Assembly: GCA_964291235.2 (NCBI GenBank)
Contig: OZ219816.1
Coordinates: 32,001 to 96,000 of the forward strand
Length of the DNA: 64,000 nt
Reading direction: 5' to 3'
Source of the DNA: Vicinamibacteria bacterium
GTDB lineage: Bacteria > Acidobacteriota > Vicinamibacteria > Marinacidobacterales > Marinacidobacteraceae
In this document: positions 54,715 to 64,000 of the stretch, piece by piece
Layout of the letters: each line of letters begins with the position of its first letter
How positions within the stretch are numbered: position 1 is the first letter of the stretch
Made by a program: the position numbers and the translations under genes
The notes under the pieces: generated by a model
What the model was told of the DNA's origin: nothing
The model's input: only the letters and a program-made list of their open reading frames with translations
Databases searched by the model: none

Positions 54715-57060
54715 GTGGACGTGCCCTGCCCCACCCGCAACCACCCGCTGCTCTTCGCGGCCGCCTTCGCCGCCCTCTCTCTGGTCGCGGCTCCCCAGGC
54801 CGCGCGCGCGGGCGTTCAGGAGGAGCAGGATCCTCCGCCGGAATCGCCACAACAGGAAGAGGAGCAGGAAGAAGCAACTGCCGAATCGACCGACATCCCC
54901 CGCTTCACCGATCAGGTCGTCGTCTCAGCTTCACGGGTGGAGCAGGAGATCGTCAACGCCCCGGCCGCGATCGCAGTGATCTCCGCCGAGGTGATCGAGA
55001 GCACGCCGGCCAGCAACTTCGGTGACCTCCTGCGTCAGGCCCCGGGGGTCAATGTCACCCAGCTCTCCAACACCAACTACAGCGTTACCAGCCGTGGCTC
55101 CTCCGGGGCCCTCGCCACCGCACAGCTCGTCCTGGTGGATGGCCGTTCCGTCTATCAGGACTTCTTCGGCTTCACGAGTTGGGACTTCATCTCGGTGGGC
55201 CTCGACGACCTGGAGCGGGTCGAGGTGGTCAACGGACCGGCTTCGGCCGTCTGGGGCGCGAACGCCATGAGCGGGGTGGTGAACCTGATCACCAAGGCGC
55301 CGCGCGACAACCAGGGAACCACGCTGGACCTCCGGTTCGGCGCCTTCGATCGCAACGTCACCGGCAACCCGATGGATACGGGCACCCAGTTCATGGGCTC
55401 GCTGACCCACGCGCAGGCGGTGAACGACCGCTTCGCCTACCGCGCGACCGTCAGCTTTACCCGGCAGGACGCCCTTCCCCGCCCGTTCGGTGAAATCCCC
55501 AACGGGACCGGCACGCTCTATCCCCCGGTCCAGGGAGTGGACGCGCGGATGCCCAAACTGGATTTCCGGGCGGACTGGGACGCGCCCGACGGCGAGAGCG
55601 GCGTCCGATTCTCCGGCGGCTACGGCGGAAGCCAGGGAATCCTCCACTCCGGGATCGGTCCGTTCCACGTCCAGCCGGGAAGCGCCATGTCGTACGGCCG
55701 CATCCAGTACCTGCGGGGCTCGATGGAAATCGGCGCTTTCGTGAACCGCACTGAGGTCCCCTTCAACTCGATCTTGTCCCGGACCCCCGCCGGGCAGTTC
55801 CTTGAGGGGAACATGAACTCGACCGCGTACGACATCAGCCTCAAGGACACGCGATTCCTGGGTGGTCGGCATCTGCTCAGCTACGGCGCCAGCGCCCGCC
55901 ATCTCACCCTCGACTTCACCCTCGCCCCCGAGGGTGACGGCCGCAGCGAGGTGGGCGCCTACGTCAACGACGAGATCTTCCTGAGCGACCGCTGGCGCTG
56001 GATCGTTGGAGCCCGTGCGGACCGGATGAGCGTGCTGGACAAGGTCGTGCTGTCTCCCCGCACGACTCTCATTTTCAAGCCGACGCCCACGCAGGCCTTC
56101 CGGGTGTCCTACAACCGGGCGTTCCGGGCCCCTTCGCTCACCAACTCGTTCCTCGATACGCTCATCGGCCAGCCGGCCGTCTTCGATCTCCGTCCCGTCT
56201 TCCGGGGATTCTTCGGCGCGCTGGCTATCCCGGATTCCGCGTTGCCGGCCCCGGTGACCTACACGATCCCCATCGACGTCGTGGGCAACCAGTCGCTGCT
56301 GCAGGAGTCACTGACCGCCTACGAGGTGGGCTGGTCGGGAGCGCTCAACGACTGGATCGGGGCGAGCGCTGCCGTTTACGTCAACGACATGCGGGACAGC
56401 ATCGACTTCACCGACCACACCTTCTGGGCCGGAGACAACCCACCTGCCGGATGGAACGAAGCGTTCGCCGACGTGGCGGATTTCATCGGACGGCTGGGCG
56501 CCGTACTCCCTCCCGGCACTCTTCCGCCGTCGATCGCCGCGATCGCCGCGAACCCCGGATACCTGATCGACGCCCTGGGTGGACTCGCGGGCGTTCAACT
56601 CCCTTCCTCACTCACCTACATCAACCGGACGTCGGCGCGGAACGCAGGATTCGAACTCGGACTCACCGGCCGCCGTGGCAACCTGGGCGGGTTCCTCAAC
56701 TACTCGTGGCAAGCCGAACCGGTGGTGGAGGGTTTCGGCGAAGAAGACGCCGATGAGATCAGCATTCCGGCGGCGCACCGCGTCAATGCCGGGCTGGATA
56801 CCGCGTTCGGCGCCGTTGATCTGGGAGTGTCGCTGAACTACACCGATCGCGCCTACTGGACCGATGTCCTGACCGCGGAGTACCACGGCTGGACGGAAGC
56901 CTTTACCCTGGTCAACGCCACCCTGGCGGTCAACCTGATGGAGGGCCGCTTCCAGCCTTCGGTGCGGGTGATCAACCTCCTCAATCAGGAGGTCCAGAAC
57001 CACGTCTTCGGCGACGTGCTGCGACGGCAGATCATCGGAGGGTTGCGCTACCGGTTCTGA
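54715..57060 (+). CDS. TonB-dependent receptor (paralog B)
   Basis: Same motifs, collinear with paralog A. GTG follows GAGGAGG; alternative start ATG 54694. Confidence 0.93.
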   Translation: MDVPCPTRNHPLLFAAAFAALSLVAAPQAARAGVQEEQDPPPESPQQEEEQEEATAESTDIPRFTDQVVVSASRVEQEIVNAPAAIAVISAEVIESTPASNFGDLLRQAPGVNVTQLSNTNYSVTSRGSSGALATAQLVLVDGRSVYQDFFGFTSWDFISVGLDDLERVEVVNGPASAVWGANAMSGVVNLITKAPRDNQGTTLDLRFGAFDRNVTGNPMDTGTQFMGSLTHAQAVNDRFAYRATVSFTRQDALPRPFGEIPNGTGTLYPPVQGVDARMPKLDFRADWDAPDGESGVRFSGGYGGSQGILHSGIGPFHVQPGSAMSYGRIQYLRGSMEIGAFVNRTEVPFNSILSRTPAGQFLEGNMNSTAYDISLKDTRFLGGRHLLSYGASARHLTLDFTLAPEGDGRSEVGAYVNDEIFLSDRWRWIVGARADRMSVLDKVVLSPRTTLIFKPTPTQAFRVSYNRAFRAPSLTNSFLDTLIGQPAVFDLRPVFRGFFGALAIPDSALPAPVTYTIPIDVVGNQSLLQESLTAYEVGWSGALNDWIGASAAVYVNDMRDSIDFTDHTFWAGDNPPAGWNEAFADVADFIGRLGAVLPPGTLPPSIAAIAANPGYLIDALGGLAGVQLPSSLTYINRTSARNAGFELGLTGRRGNLGGFLNYSWQAEPVVEGFGEEDADEISIPAAHRVNAGLDTAFGAVDLGVSLNYTDRAYWTDVLTAEYHGWTEAFTLVNATLAVNLMEGRFQPSVRVINLLNQEVQNHVFGDVLRRQIIGGLRYRF

Positions 57061-57111
57061 CCCGGACGGCGGGAGATCGCCGGGCGGGCGGCCGCCGCCA
57101 CCGCCGGTTCC

Positions 57112-59175
57112 CTATCGGGAACTCTCGTCGGTGGCAGCTTCCCCGGACTTCAGGAACCGGTCGAACCACGCCAGGTAGCGCTCGTAGCGGTCCTGCTGGA
57201 ACGACGGCAGCCGGATGCCGTGGCTCTGGCCCGGATAGATGATGAGCTGGGTGGGCACTCCGAGCCGCCGCAGGCTCTGATAGAGGTTTTCGGACTGGCT
57301 CAGCGGGACGTTCCAGTCCTTCTCGCCACAAAGGACGAGAGTCGGAGTGGTTACGTGGTGCACCCGGGAAATGGGAGACAGGCGGTTGTAAAGCTCCGGA
57401 TTCTCCCACGGAAGGCCCAGTTCCAGTTCCCACTCGAGTTGGTAGTGGTCGTTCCCGTAGGCGGCGCGGTACTCGGTTTCGCTGGATCCGCTGACCGCGG
57501 CGTGGAAACGGGTGGTCTTGGTGATCACGTAGTTGGTGAGGATGCCGCCGTAGCTCCATCCACCGACACCGAGCCGCTCGGGATCCGCCCAGCCGCGTTC
57601 GATTGCATGGTCCACCGCCGCGTTCACGTCCTCGTAGTCGAGGTTGCCCCAATCGGCCCAGATCGCCTGGGAAAAGGCCTCACCCCTTCCCGACGAACCA
57701 CGGGGATTCGCCGCCACCACGAGATACCCGTTGGCCGCGAAGAGCTGCCAGGTGGACTGGAAGGACGTGGAGAACTGCGACACCGGCCCGCCGTGGATCC
57801 AGAGGATCGTCGGATACCGCCGTCCCTCCTCAAATCCGGGTGGCTTGGTGACGAAGCCCTGGATCTCGGCTCCGTCGGAACTGGGGAAGGTGATCCGCTC
57901 CACTTCGCCGAGGTTCACGTCGGCGAGCAGCGCGTCGTTGTGCCCGCTCAAACGTCTCGGCTCACCGCCGCGGCTCCAACCGATCACCTCGGGTGGGCGG
58001 TCCACGGTGGCGGCCACCGCCACGACCCGATCTCCGACCGCCTCCATGTCCCGGACAACCCTTTCTCCGGCAACGAGCCGGTCGGCGGCGGCGTCCGCGG
58101 AAAGGTCAAAGGCCGCGAGGTGCTGGTTCCCCCCATCCTCGAGCAGGGCGACCACCACGTTGCCATCGCCGCTGAAGCGGGGGTTCGAAAGGTTGCGGTC
58201 GAGGCCCGCCGCGACATGGACGATCTCGTCAGTAGCCCGGTCGAGGGCGTACAGATTCTCGGTCGCGTACCAGATCAGTTCGGGTTTGCGATTCCCGGTG
58301 TGGAGCAGCCAGGCGCCGTCCGGGCTGAAGACCGGAGAGCGATCCGGCCCGAGGTTGCTGGTGAGCCGCACGGGCTCGGTCTCCTTGCCGGCATCCCGCG
58401 GGACCAGGAAGAGGTCCGAATTGTCGGTGGCGTCGGGATCGCCCTCGGGAGGGCGGACGCTGACAAAGACGATCTCCGAACCATCGGGTGAGAAGACGGG
58501 CGAACCGTCATCGTAGGGACCGAAGGTCTTTTGGACGTGCGAGCCCTCCGCCGCATCCACCAGGTAAATGTGGCGGCGGCGATCGTCGAGATACCCGCGG
58601 CCGTCACGCTTGAACTGGCGCCGGTCGATCACCAGGGGACGCGGTTCCCGTTCCTCCCCGGCGCCCGGCTCGTTCGGATCGGGATCCATCGAGACGGCCG
58701 CCAGCGCACTCCCGTCCGGGGCCCAGGAAAAAGAGGAAACTCCGGCGGGAAGACTCGACAGGACGCTTGCCTCGCCGCCGGTCAGGGGCAGGAGCCAGAT
58801 CTGGGTCTTGTCCCCTTCACCGGCGCTCAGGAACGCGAGTTGCGATCCGTCCGGGCTGAACCGCGGATGAGACGCCGACCGGCCCGCCCTGGTCAGTGGT
58901 GCGGGGTTCCCTCCCGCGAACGGAACGCCGTGAATCCGGCTCTCGGACTTGTTTGCGGTGAGGTCGATGCGCGACACCACGTAAACGACAAACTCACCAT
59001 CCGGTGACAGTTGGGGATCCGAGACCGATGCGATCCCGAGCGCGTCCTTGATCGCGAAGCTCCGACCCTGAGCGGCAGACGGCGCCGCTCCGGGAACGGT
59101 GAGACCGAGGAGGACCACCCCGCCAGCCAGAAACAAGGCCGGCCCTCGGCGGAAGTACTGATGGAATGACGTCAT
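57112..59175 (-). CDS. Secreted S9 (prolyl oligopeptidase / acylaminoacyl peptidase) family peptidase
   Basis: PD40-like SPDG propeller repeats, IHGGP, NPRGS, GWSYGG, catalytic D and H. Confidence 0.92.
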   Translation of the reverse strand: MTSFHQYFRRGPALFLAGGVVLLGLTVPGAAPSAAQGRSFAIKDALGIASVSDPQLSPDGEFVVYVVSRIDLTANKSESRIHGVPFAGGNPAPLTRAGRSASHPRFSPDGSQLAFLSAGEGDKTQIWLLPLTGGEASVLSSLPAGVSSFSWAPDGSALAAVSMDPDPNEPGAGEEREPRPLVIDRRQFKRDGRGYLDDRRRHIYLVDAAEGSHVQKTFGPYDDGSPVFSPDGSEIVFVSVRPPEGDPDATDNSDLFLVPRDAGKETEPVRLTSNLGPDRSPVFSPDGAWLLHTGNRKPELIWYATENLYALDRATDEIVHVAAGLDRNLSNPRFSGDGNVVVALLEDGGNQHLAAFDLSADAAADRLVAGERVVRDMEAVGDRVVAVAATVDRPPEVIGWSRGGEPRRLSGHNDALLADVNLGEVERITFPSSDGAEIQGFVTKPPGFEEGRRYPTILWIHGGPVSQFSTSFQSTWQLFAANGYLVVAANPRGSSGRGEAFSQAIWADWGNLDYEDVNAAVDHAIERGWADPERLGVGGWSYGGILTNYVITKTTRFHAAVSGSSETEYRAAYGNDHYQLEWELELGLPWENPELYNRLSPISRVHHVTTPTLVLCGEKDWNVPLSQSENLYQSLRRLGVPTQLIIYPGQSHGIRLPSFQQDRYERYLAWFDRFLKSGEAATDESSR

Positions 59176-59293
59176 TGCAAACCTCCTGCGGGCCTCACGA
59201 TCGGCGGGCCGAGCGGCGATGCTCCGTCTTGCCGGGAAGGGCCGGCACGGACGCTACTTTATGCGCGGAGCGCCGGGAGTCGCGCCCGGGAGG

Positions 59294-60340
59294 CTACCGG
59301 TACGACGAAACGATCTTGTCGAGCGTCTCTGGCGGCGGGCGGAGCCGGTCCTCGCCGAGGAGCGCCAACGGCTCGTCGCACAGATCCAGGATGTCGAGGA
59401 AAGTTCGCTTTCGGGTGTCCAGGTACAAGAGGCCGGTCAGGAAGAGATTCTTCTCGTTCGACTCGAGGATGAGTTCCTGGGCCGCGCGGCGATCCGTCGG
59501 GTCGTAACTCCGCTCCAGTTTGCGGAGTCGAACCCAGGAACCGTCGTGGAGTTGCACCTCCTGATCGGTTCCTTCCTCGTATTCGACCTCGATCTCATCC
59601 ATAGCCGGTACGAAATCCAGGATGTGAATCGGCTCCTCGTTGTCCTTGCCCCAGGTGTAGCTCTTGGTCGAGCCCGCGTGATTGTTGAACGTAACGCAGG
59701 GGCTCAGGATGTCGAGGACCGCGGTGCCGTTGTGCGCGAGCGCTCCGCGCAGGAGCGCGACGAGCTGTTTCGGATCTCCCGCGAAGGAACGAGCCACGTA
59801 GGTCGCGCCGAGTTCGACCGCCATGCCGCACAGGTCGATGTTGGGAAGCCGGTTCACCTCACCGGACCGAAGCGCGGCGTCCTCGTCGGCGGTCGCCGAG
59901 AACTGCCCCTTCGTCAAGCCGTACACCCCGTTGTTCTCGACGATGTAGATCAAGGGCAGATTGCGCCGCACCAGGTGCACGAACTGGCCAATGCCGATCG
60001 ACGCCGTATCCCCGTCACCGGAGACTCCAACGGCAACCAGTCGGCGGTTGGCAAGCACCGCCCCCGTCGCCACCGATGGCATCCGGCCGTGGACCGCGTT
60101 GAAACCGTGGCTGTGATTCAGGAAGTACGCCGGTGTCTTGGAGGAACAGCCGATCCCGGAGAGCTTGGCCACCTGATGGGGCCGGACATCCGACTCGAAA
60201 AAGGCGCGGATCAGCTGACTGGAGATCGCATCGTGTCCGCATCCCTTGCAGAGAGTGGAGGGCTTGCCCTTGTAGTCGGTCGGGGTAAGGCCCAGCCGGT
60301 TGACCCGGCGGGGGCGCTGCGACGATTCTCGGGTGGACAT
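59294..60340 (-). CDS. korB: 2-oxoacid:ferredoxin oxidoreductase beta subunit
   Basis: CKGCGH, SGIGCSS, HGR, GDGD, NNGVYGLTKGQ, SPCVTFN. Confidence 0.92.
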   Translation of the reverse strand: MSTRESSQRPRRVNRLGLTPTDYKGKPSTLCKGCGHDAISSQLIRAFFESDVRPHQVAKLSGIGCSSKTPAYFLNHSHGFNAVHGRMPSVATGAVLANRRLVAVGVSGDGDTASIGIGQFVHLVRRNLPLIYIVENNGVYGLTKGQFSATADEDAALRSGEVNRLPNIDLCGMAVELGATYVARSFAGDPKQLVALLRGALAHNGTAVLDILSPCVTFNNHAGSTKSYTWGKDNEEPIHILDFVPAMDEIEVEYEEGTDQEVQLHDGSWVRLRKLERSYDPTDRRAAQELILESNEKNLFLTGLLYLDTRKRTFLDILDLCDEPLALLGEDRLRPPPETLDKIVSSYR

Positions 60341-60358
60341 GAGAGGACTCCGGACAGG

Positions 60359-62212
60359 CTATACGGCCCCGATCTCCATTTCGGTGACGTAATCCACGAT
60401 GGTCTGGGCGTCCATGGGATGCCCGCTGAAGTGACGCAGGCTTCGGAGCACTCCGTGCGGAATCCGGTCACCGAACTCGGCGCGGAGAAGCTGGAGCATC
60501 TGCCCGTCCCGGTTCTGATCCAGGACCACCACCCGCTTCCGCGAGGTGATGAAGTCGAGTACGGCGGGGGACAGGGGCAGCGCCCGCAGGCGCAGGTAGT
60601 CCATTTCGATGGCGGCCTGGTCTCGAAGCTTGGTGCGGGCCTCCTCGATCGCCGGATCCGAAGACCCGAAGCCGATGATTCCGAGCGGGCTCGGAGCGTC
60701 CGATTGGTCGACTACCGGCGGCGGAACCATTTCGCGCGCCGTTTCGAACTTCCGATCGAGCCGGCTCATGATGCGGACGTACGCCTCTTCGCTCTCCGTG
60801 TACTCCGCGCTCTCGTCGTGGCCGCTGCCTCGCGTGAAATACGCCGCCCCGGGATGATCCGTTCCCGGCAGCGTCCGATACGGGATCGCGTCGCCGTCCA
60901 CGTCCGCGTAGCGTTGGAAGGTGCCCAGGCGCTCCAGATCCTCGCGGGTGAGCACCTTGCCGCGGTCCATCGGACGGTCGGGGTAGTCGAACGGATCGGT
61001 GGCCCAGATGTTCATGCCGAGATCGAGATCGGAAAGCACAAATATCGGCGTCTGGAGACGCTCCGCGAAATCGAAGGCCTTCCAGCCGAACTCGAAGCAC
61101 TCGTGGGTCGAGGCCGGCAGGAGGCACACGTGTTTGGTGTCGCCGTGGGAAAGCGTGTACGTGGACAGGATGTCGCCCTGGGCCGTCCGGGTCGGCAAAC
61201 CGGTCGAAGGGCCGACCCTCTGGATGTTCCAGATGACCAGGGGAATCTCGGCGTAGTAGCCGAGCCCGACAAACTCGGACATCAGGGAAATACCTGGCCC
61301 GGAAGTGGCCGTCATCGACCGCGCGCCGGCCCAGCCGGCGGCCAGCGCCATCCCGACGGCAGCAAGTTCGTCCTCCGCCTGGACTACCGCGAACGTCGCT
61401 TTTCCGTCGGGATCCTTCCGGTGCCGCGTGAGAAACCCGGTGAGCTGTTCGACGACGCTGGAAGAGGGCGTGATGGGGTACCAGGTTGCCACGCTGGCTC
61501 CTCCGAACATCGCGCCCATGGCCGCGGCGGCGTTCCCGTCGATGAGGATCTTGCCGCGGTTCTTGTCCATCCGCTCGAGGGTGAACGGGTCTCGCTTGAC
61601 CAGATTTTCGCGCGCGTAGCGGATTCCGATCTCCACCGCTCGCCGGTTCAGTTCCACGGCCGCCTTCTTGCTGCGGAACTGGCTGTCGATGGAGCCGAAA
61701 ATTTCCTCGACCTCGATCGAGAGAAGTTCCCCCAGCAATCCGACATAGATCATGTTGGCAAGGAGTTTCCGCAGCCGAACCTCTCGGGTTACCTCGGCGG
61801 CCAGCTCCTGAAACGGCGCCGGGTAGAAGACGAGATCGTCGCGGCGGCGGTCCAGTCGGAGGCTCTCCTCATAGACGACGGCACTCCCGGGATTCAGGGA
61901 TTCCACATCGCGAATGGCGGTCTGGGCATTGAGTGCGACCAGGTAGTCCACGCTGCGCTTCCGCGCGACCCAGCCGTCCCGGTTGGCGCGGATGGTGAAC
62001 CAGGTCGGCAGTCCCGCGATGTTGGACGGGAAGAGGTTCTTGCCGCCAACCGGAATCCCCATGCGGAACAGCGCCCGCAACAGGACGAGGTTGGAGGATT
62101 GACTTCCGGAGCCGTTGACGGTGGCGACCTGGATGGACAGGTCGTTGACGATGCGCTCGGGCTCGACCTCGCTGGGAGCGACTTCCTCAGCGAGCGCCGT
62201 TTTGTTGGACAT
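60359..62212 (-). CDS. korA: 2-oxoacid:acceptor oxidoreductase alpha subunit
   Basis: NGSGSQS, YPITPSS, QAEDE, ATSGPG, QRVGPSTGLPT. Confidence 0.92.
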   Translation of the reverse strand: MSNKTALAEEVAPSEVEPERIVNDLSIQVATVNGSGSQSSNLVLLRALFRMGIPVGGKNLFPSNIAGLPTWFTIRANRDGWVARKRSVDYLVALNAQTAIRDVESLNPGSAVVYEESLRLDRRRDDLVFYPAPFQELAAEVTREVRLRKLLANMIYVGLLGELLSIEVEEIFGSIDSQFRSKKAAVELNRRAVEIGIRYARENLVKRDPFTLERMDKNRGKILIDGNAAAAMGAMFGGASVATWYPITPSSSVVEQLTGFLTRHRKDPDGKATFAVVQAEDELAAVGMALAAGWAGARSMTATSGPGISLMSEFVGLGYYAEIPLVIWNIQRVGPSTGLPTRTAQGDILSTYTLSHGDTKHVCLLPASTHECFEFGWKAFDFAERLQTPIFVLSDLDLGMNIWATDPFDYPDRPMDRGKVLTREDLERLGTFQRYADVDGDAIPYRTLPGTDHPGAAYFTRGSGHDESAEYTESEEAYVRIMSRLDRKFETAREMVPPPVVDQSDAPSPLGIIGFGSSDPAIEEARTKLRDQAAIEMDYLRLRALPLSPAVLDFITSRKRVVVLDQNRDGQMLQLLRAEFGDRIPHGVLRSLRHFSGHPMDAQTIVDYVTEMEIGAV

Positions 62213-62521
62213 CAGGCCATTCTTCAGAAGGCGATTCTGCGGGAAAAGAGCCGCCTCACAGTTCGGGCAGGGGGACGGTCAGACTTTGCTGTGGGAAATC
62301 CACGGGAGGTTGCCGGAATCCAGCAACCAGAGGGGCTCTGGTACTGGAGCGTTGCCGCGCCCAGAGGAGCCCCGGACGTGCGGCAGTGTACCCCAATCTG
62401 CCCGGCGTTTCGGGCCGCAACCCATCCAGGCTGCCGGGGGGCACTAGACTTCCCTCTCCCGCGCAACGCCGGACTGTCGTTTTCACGGCGCGGTTCGCGA
62501 CCATCGGGCGGGCACAGGCAG

Positions 62522-63346
62522 ATGCGACCCACTTGGCAGGGTAACCTGAAGTTGGCCCTCGTTCTGGTTCCGGTGCGGGCCTACCCGGCCGCGCGGGAAA
62601 AAAAGGTCTCGATGAACCAGTTGCACAAGGAGTGCAAGGCCCGGGTCCGTTTGCAGCGCCGCTGCACCGCGTGTGAGCAGGATCTCGAACGGGACGAAAT
62701 CGTTCGTGGCTATGCGCTGGCCAAGGAGCAGTACGTGCTGATCCAGGACGAGGATCTCGCCACGCTGCAGCTCCCCTCCCTGAGAACCCTGGACATCGTG
62801 CAGTTCGTCGAGGAATCCGAGATCAATCCGCTCTACTACCACGGCTCCTATTACCTGGCGCCGGCCGGCGAAGTCGCAGCCGGGCCGTTCCACACCATCC
62901 TGAAGGCCATGCAGACCTCAAAGCGGGTAGCAATCGCCCAGGTCGTGCTAAGCGGCAAGGAAAAGGTGGTCGCGATCCGCCCCTCGGAAGATGTCTTCCT
63001 GATGTCTTTCCTGCACTATGAGGACGAGGTCCGGCAGGTCTCGGACATTGACGACCTGCCGGAGGCGCGCCAACCCAACGCGGCCGAGACCGCGATGGCG
63101 CGGCAATTGCTCGACTCCTACGCCCGTCCCTTCGATCTTTCCGCCTTCGAGGACAGCTACCGGAAGGGTTTCCTGGAGATCGTGGAGGCCAAGAGCCGCG
63201 GCGAGGAGCTGGTCACCGCTCCGAGTACCGAGCCTCGCAAGGTCATCAACCTGATGGATGCCCTGAAATCGAGTCTCGCGCGGATCGAGGCCGAAGGATC
63301 GGGCAGCGATGATCCCGCGTCCGGCGAGGAGCGGCGGGTAAGCTGA
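62522..63346 (+). CDS. ku: Non-homologous end-joining protein Ku
   Basis: MRPTWQG.L..LV.VPV, NQLH, IVRGY, YYLAP, F.DSYR, VINLMDALK.S. Confidence 0.94.
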   Translation: MRPTWQGNLKLALVLVPVRAYPAAREKKVSMNQLHKECKARVRLQRRCTACEQDLERDEIVRGYALAKEQYVLIQDEDLATLQLPSLRTLDIVQFVEESEINPLYYHGSYYLAPAGEVAAGPFHTILKAMQTSKRVAIAQVVLSGKEKVVAIRPSEDVFLMSFLHYEDEVRQVSDIDDLPEARQPNAAETAMARQLLDSYARPFDLSAFEDSYRKGFLEIVEAKSRGEELVTAPSTEPRKVINLMDALKSSLARIEAEGSGSDDPASGEERRVS

Positions 63347-64000
63347 CCGATCCGGATCCCGAGGGCTGCGGCCCGGATTCGCCCAGGTCCCGGGAAGGGC
63401 AGTCCGGGCTCCCGTCAGACTGGCTGGCCCGCGGGGTAAAGCCCATGCTGGCCGGTACCGGCCGCCCGTTCGACTCGACGGAATACCTGTTCGACGCCAA
63501 GTGGGATGGTCTGCGCTCGATCGCTTTTTTCGGCCCGGTGGTCCGGTTCCAGGCGCGCAGCCTGCGCGATCAGACCCGGCATTTCCGGAGCTTGCGAAGG
63601 CTCTCGGCGAACTTCCCGGCGCCGGGGTGCTCGACGGCGAAATCGTGGTCATGGACGGCGATCGCGCCAGCTTTCCGCTGGTCATGGACCGCAACCGGAT
63701 GGGGTCCGAAGCCGCCATCCAGCGCGCCGTGCAAAACACTCCGGCATGGTTCGTGGCCTTTGACCTGCTTCACCTGGACGGTGTGCGGCTCACCGCAGCT
63801 CCGCTCGCGGAACGGCGGCGAGCTCTCGGGTTCCTGCTTCCGGATTCGGGGGGGCACATCTTCGCCAATTCGTTCGTTTGCGGGCAGGGGCTCCGCTTCT
63901 TCGCCGCGATGCGCGAGCGGAAGATGGAGGGGATGGTTGCCAAGCGGCTCCAGAGCCCCTACCGAATCGGCGAGCGGAGCGACGACTGGCTGAAGATCAA
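63343..64000 (+). pseudogene. ATP-dependent DNA ligase (LigD/LigC-type ligase domain), frameshifted near 63583 and truncated by the window
   Basis: PMLA and KWDG lie in one frame. LDGEIV, AFDLL, EGMVAK and WLKI lie in a different frame. Confidence 0.75.

Noticed and set aside
59219-63346. 1375-aa + strand ORF
   Set aside because: Antisense shadow of korB/korA that happens to run in frame into Ku; the real gene starts at 62522.

Overview
High-GC bacterial window, mostly core genome. Gene content suggests an Acidobacteriota-like organism, but that is inference only. Left to right it carries: two tandem secreted M20 amidohydrolases; tRNA-Leu(TAG)-tig-clpP; an inserted uncharacterised periplasmic module (cytochrome-c DUF1592-type protein, Tat-exported DUF1552/HXXSHH protein, secreted ankyrin protein, secreted double-barrel protein); clpX-engB-rho-rpmE-prfA-prmC; an SSS symporter, a crotonase and a GNAT; lspA-lgt-rluD; pyrR-pyrB-pyrC-TIGR02757; tolC; truA-uppS-cdsA converging on an inverted dxr-rseP pair; an OSBS/NSAR enolase, a HEAT-cyclophilin and a HAD hydrolase; tgt-yajC-secD-secF; tonB-tonB-exbB-exbD-exbD-TPR; relA/spoT; an HCF101-like Mrp; two tandem TonB-dependent receptors; an S9 peptidase; korBA; ku; and a frameshifted ATP-dependent ligase. 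Non-coding highlights: a structured 180-200 bp MITE-like repeat (two full copies plus collapsed ends that coincide with extended -10 promoters), a structured element between clpX and engB, tandem duplications of gene 3' ends, and recurrent CTGA stop/start overlaps that imply CTG initiation. No CRISPR array, rRNA, transposase or integrase was seen.
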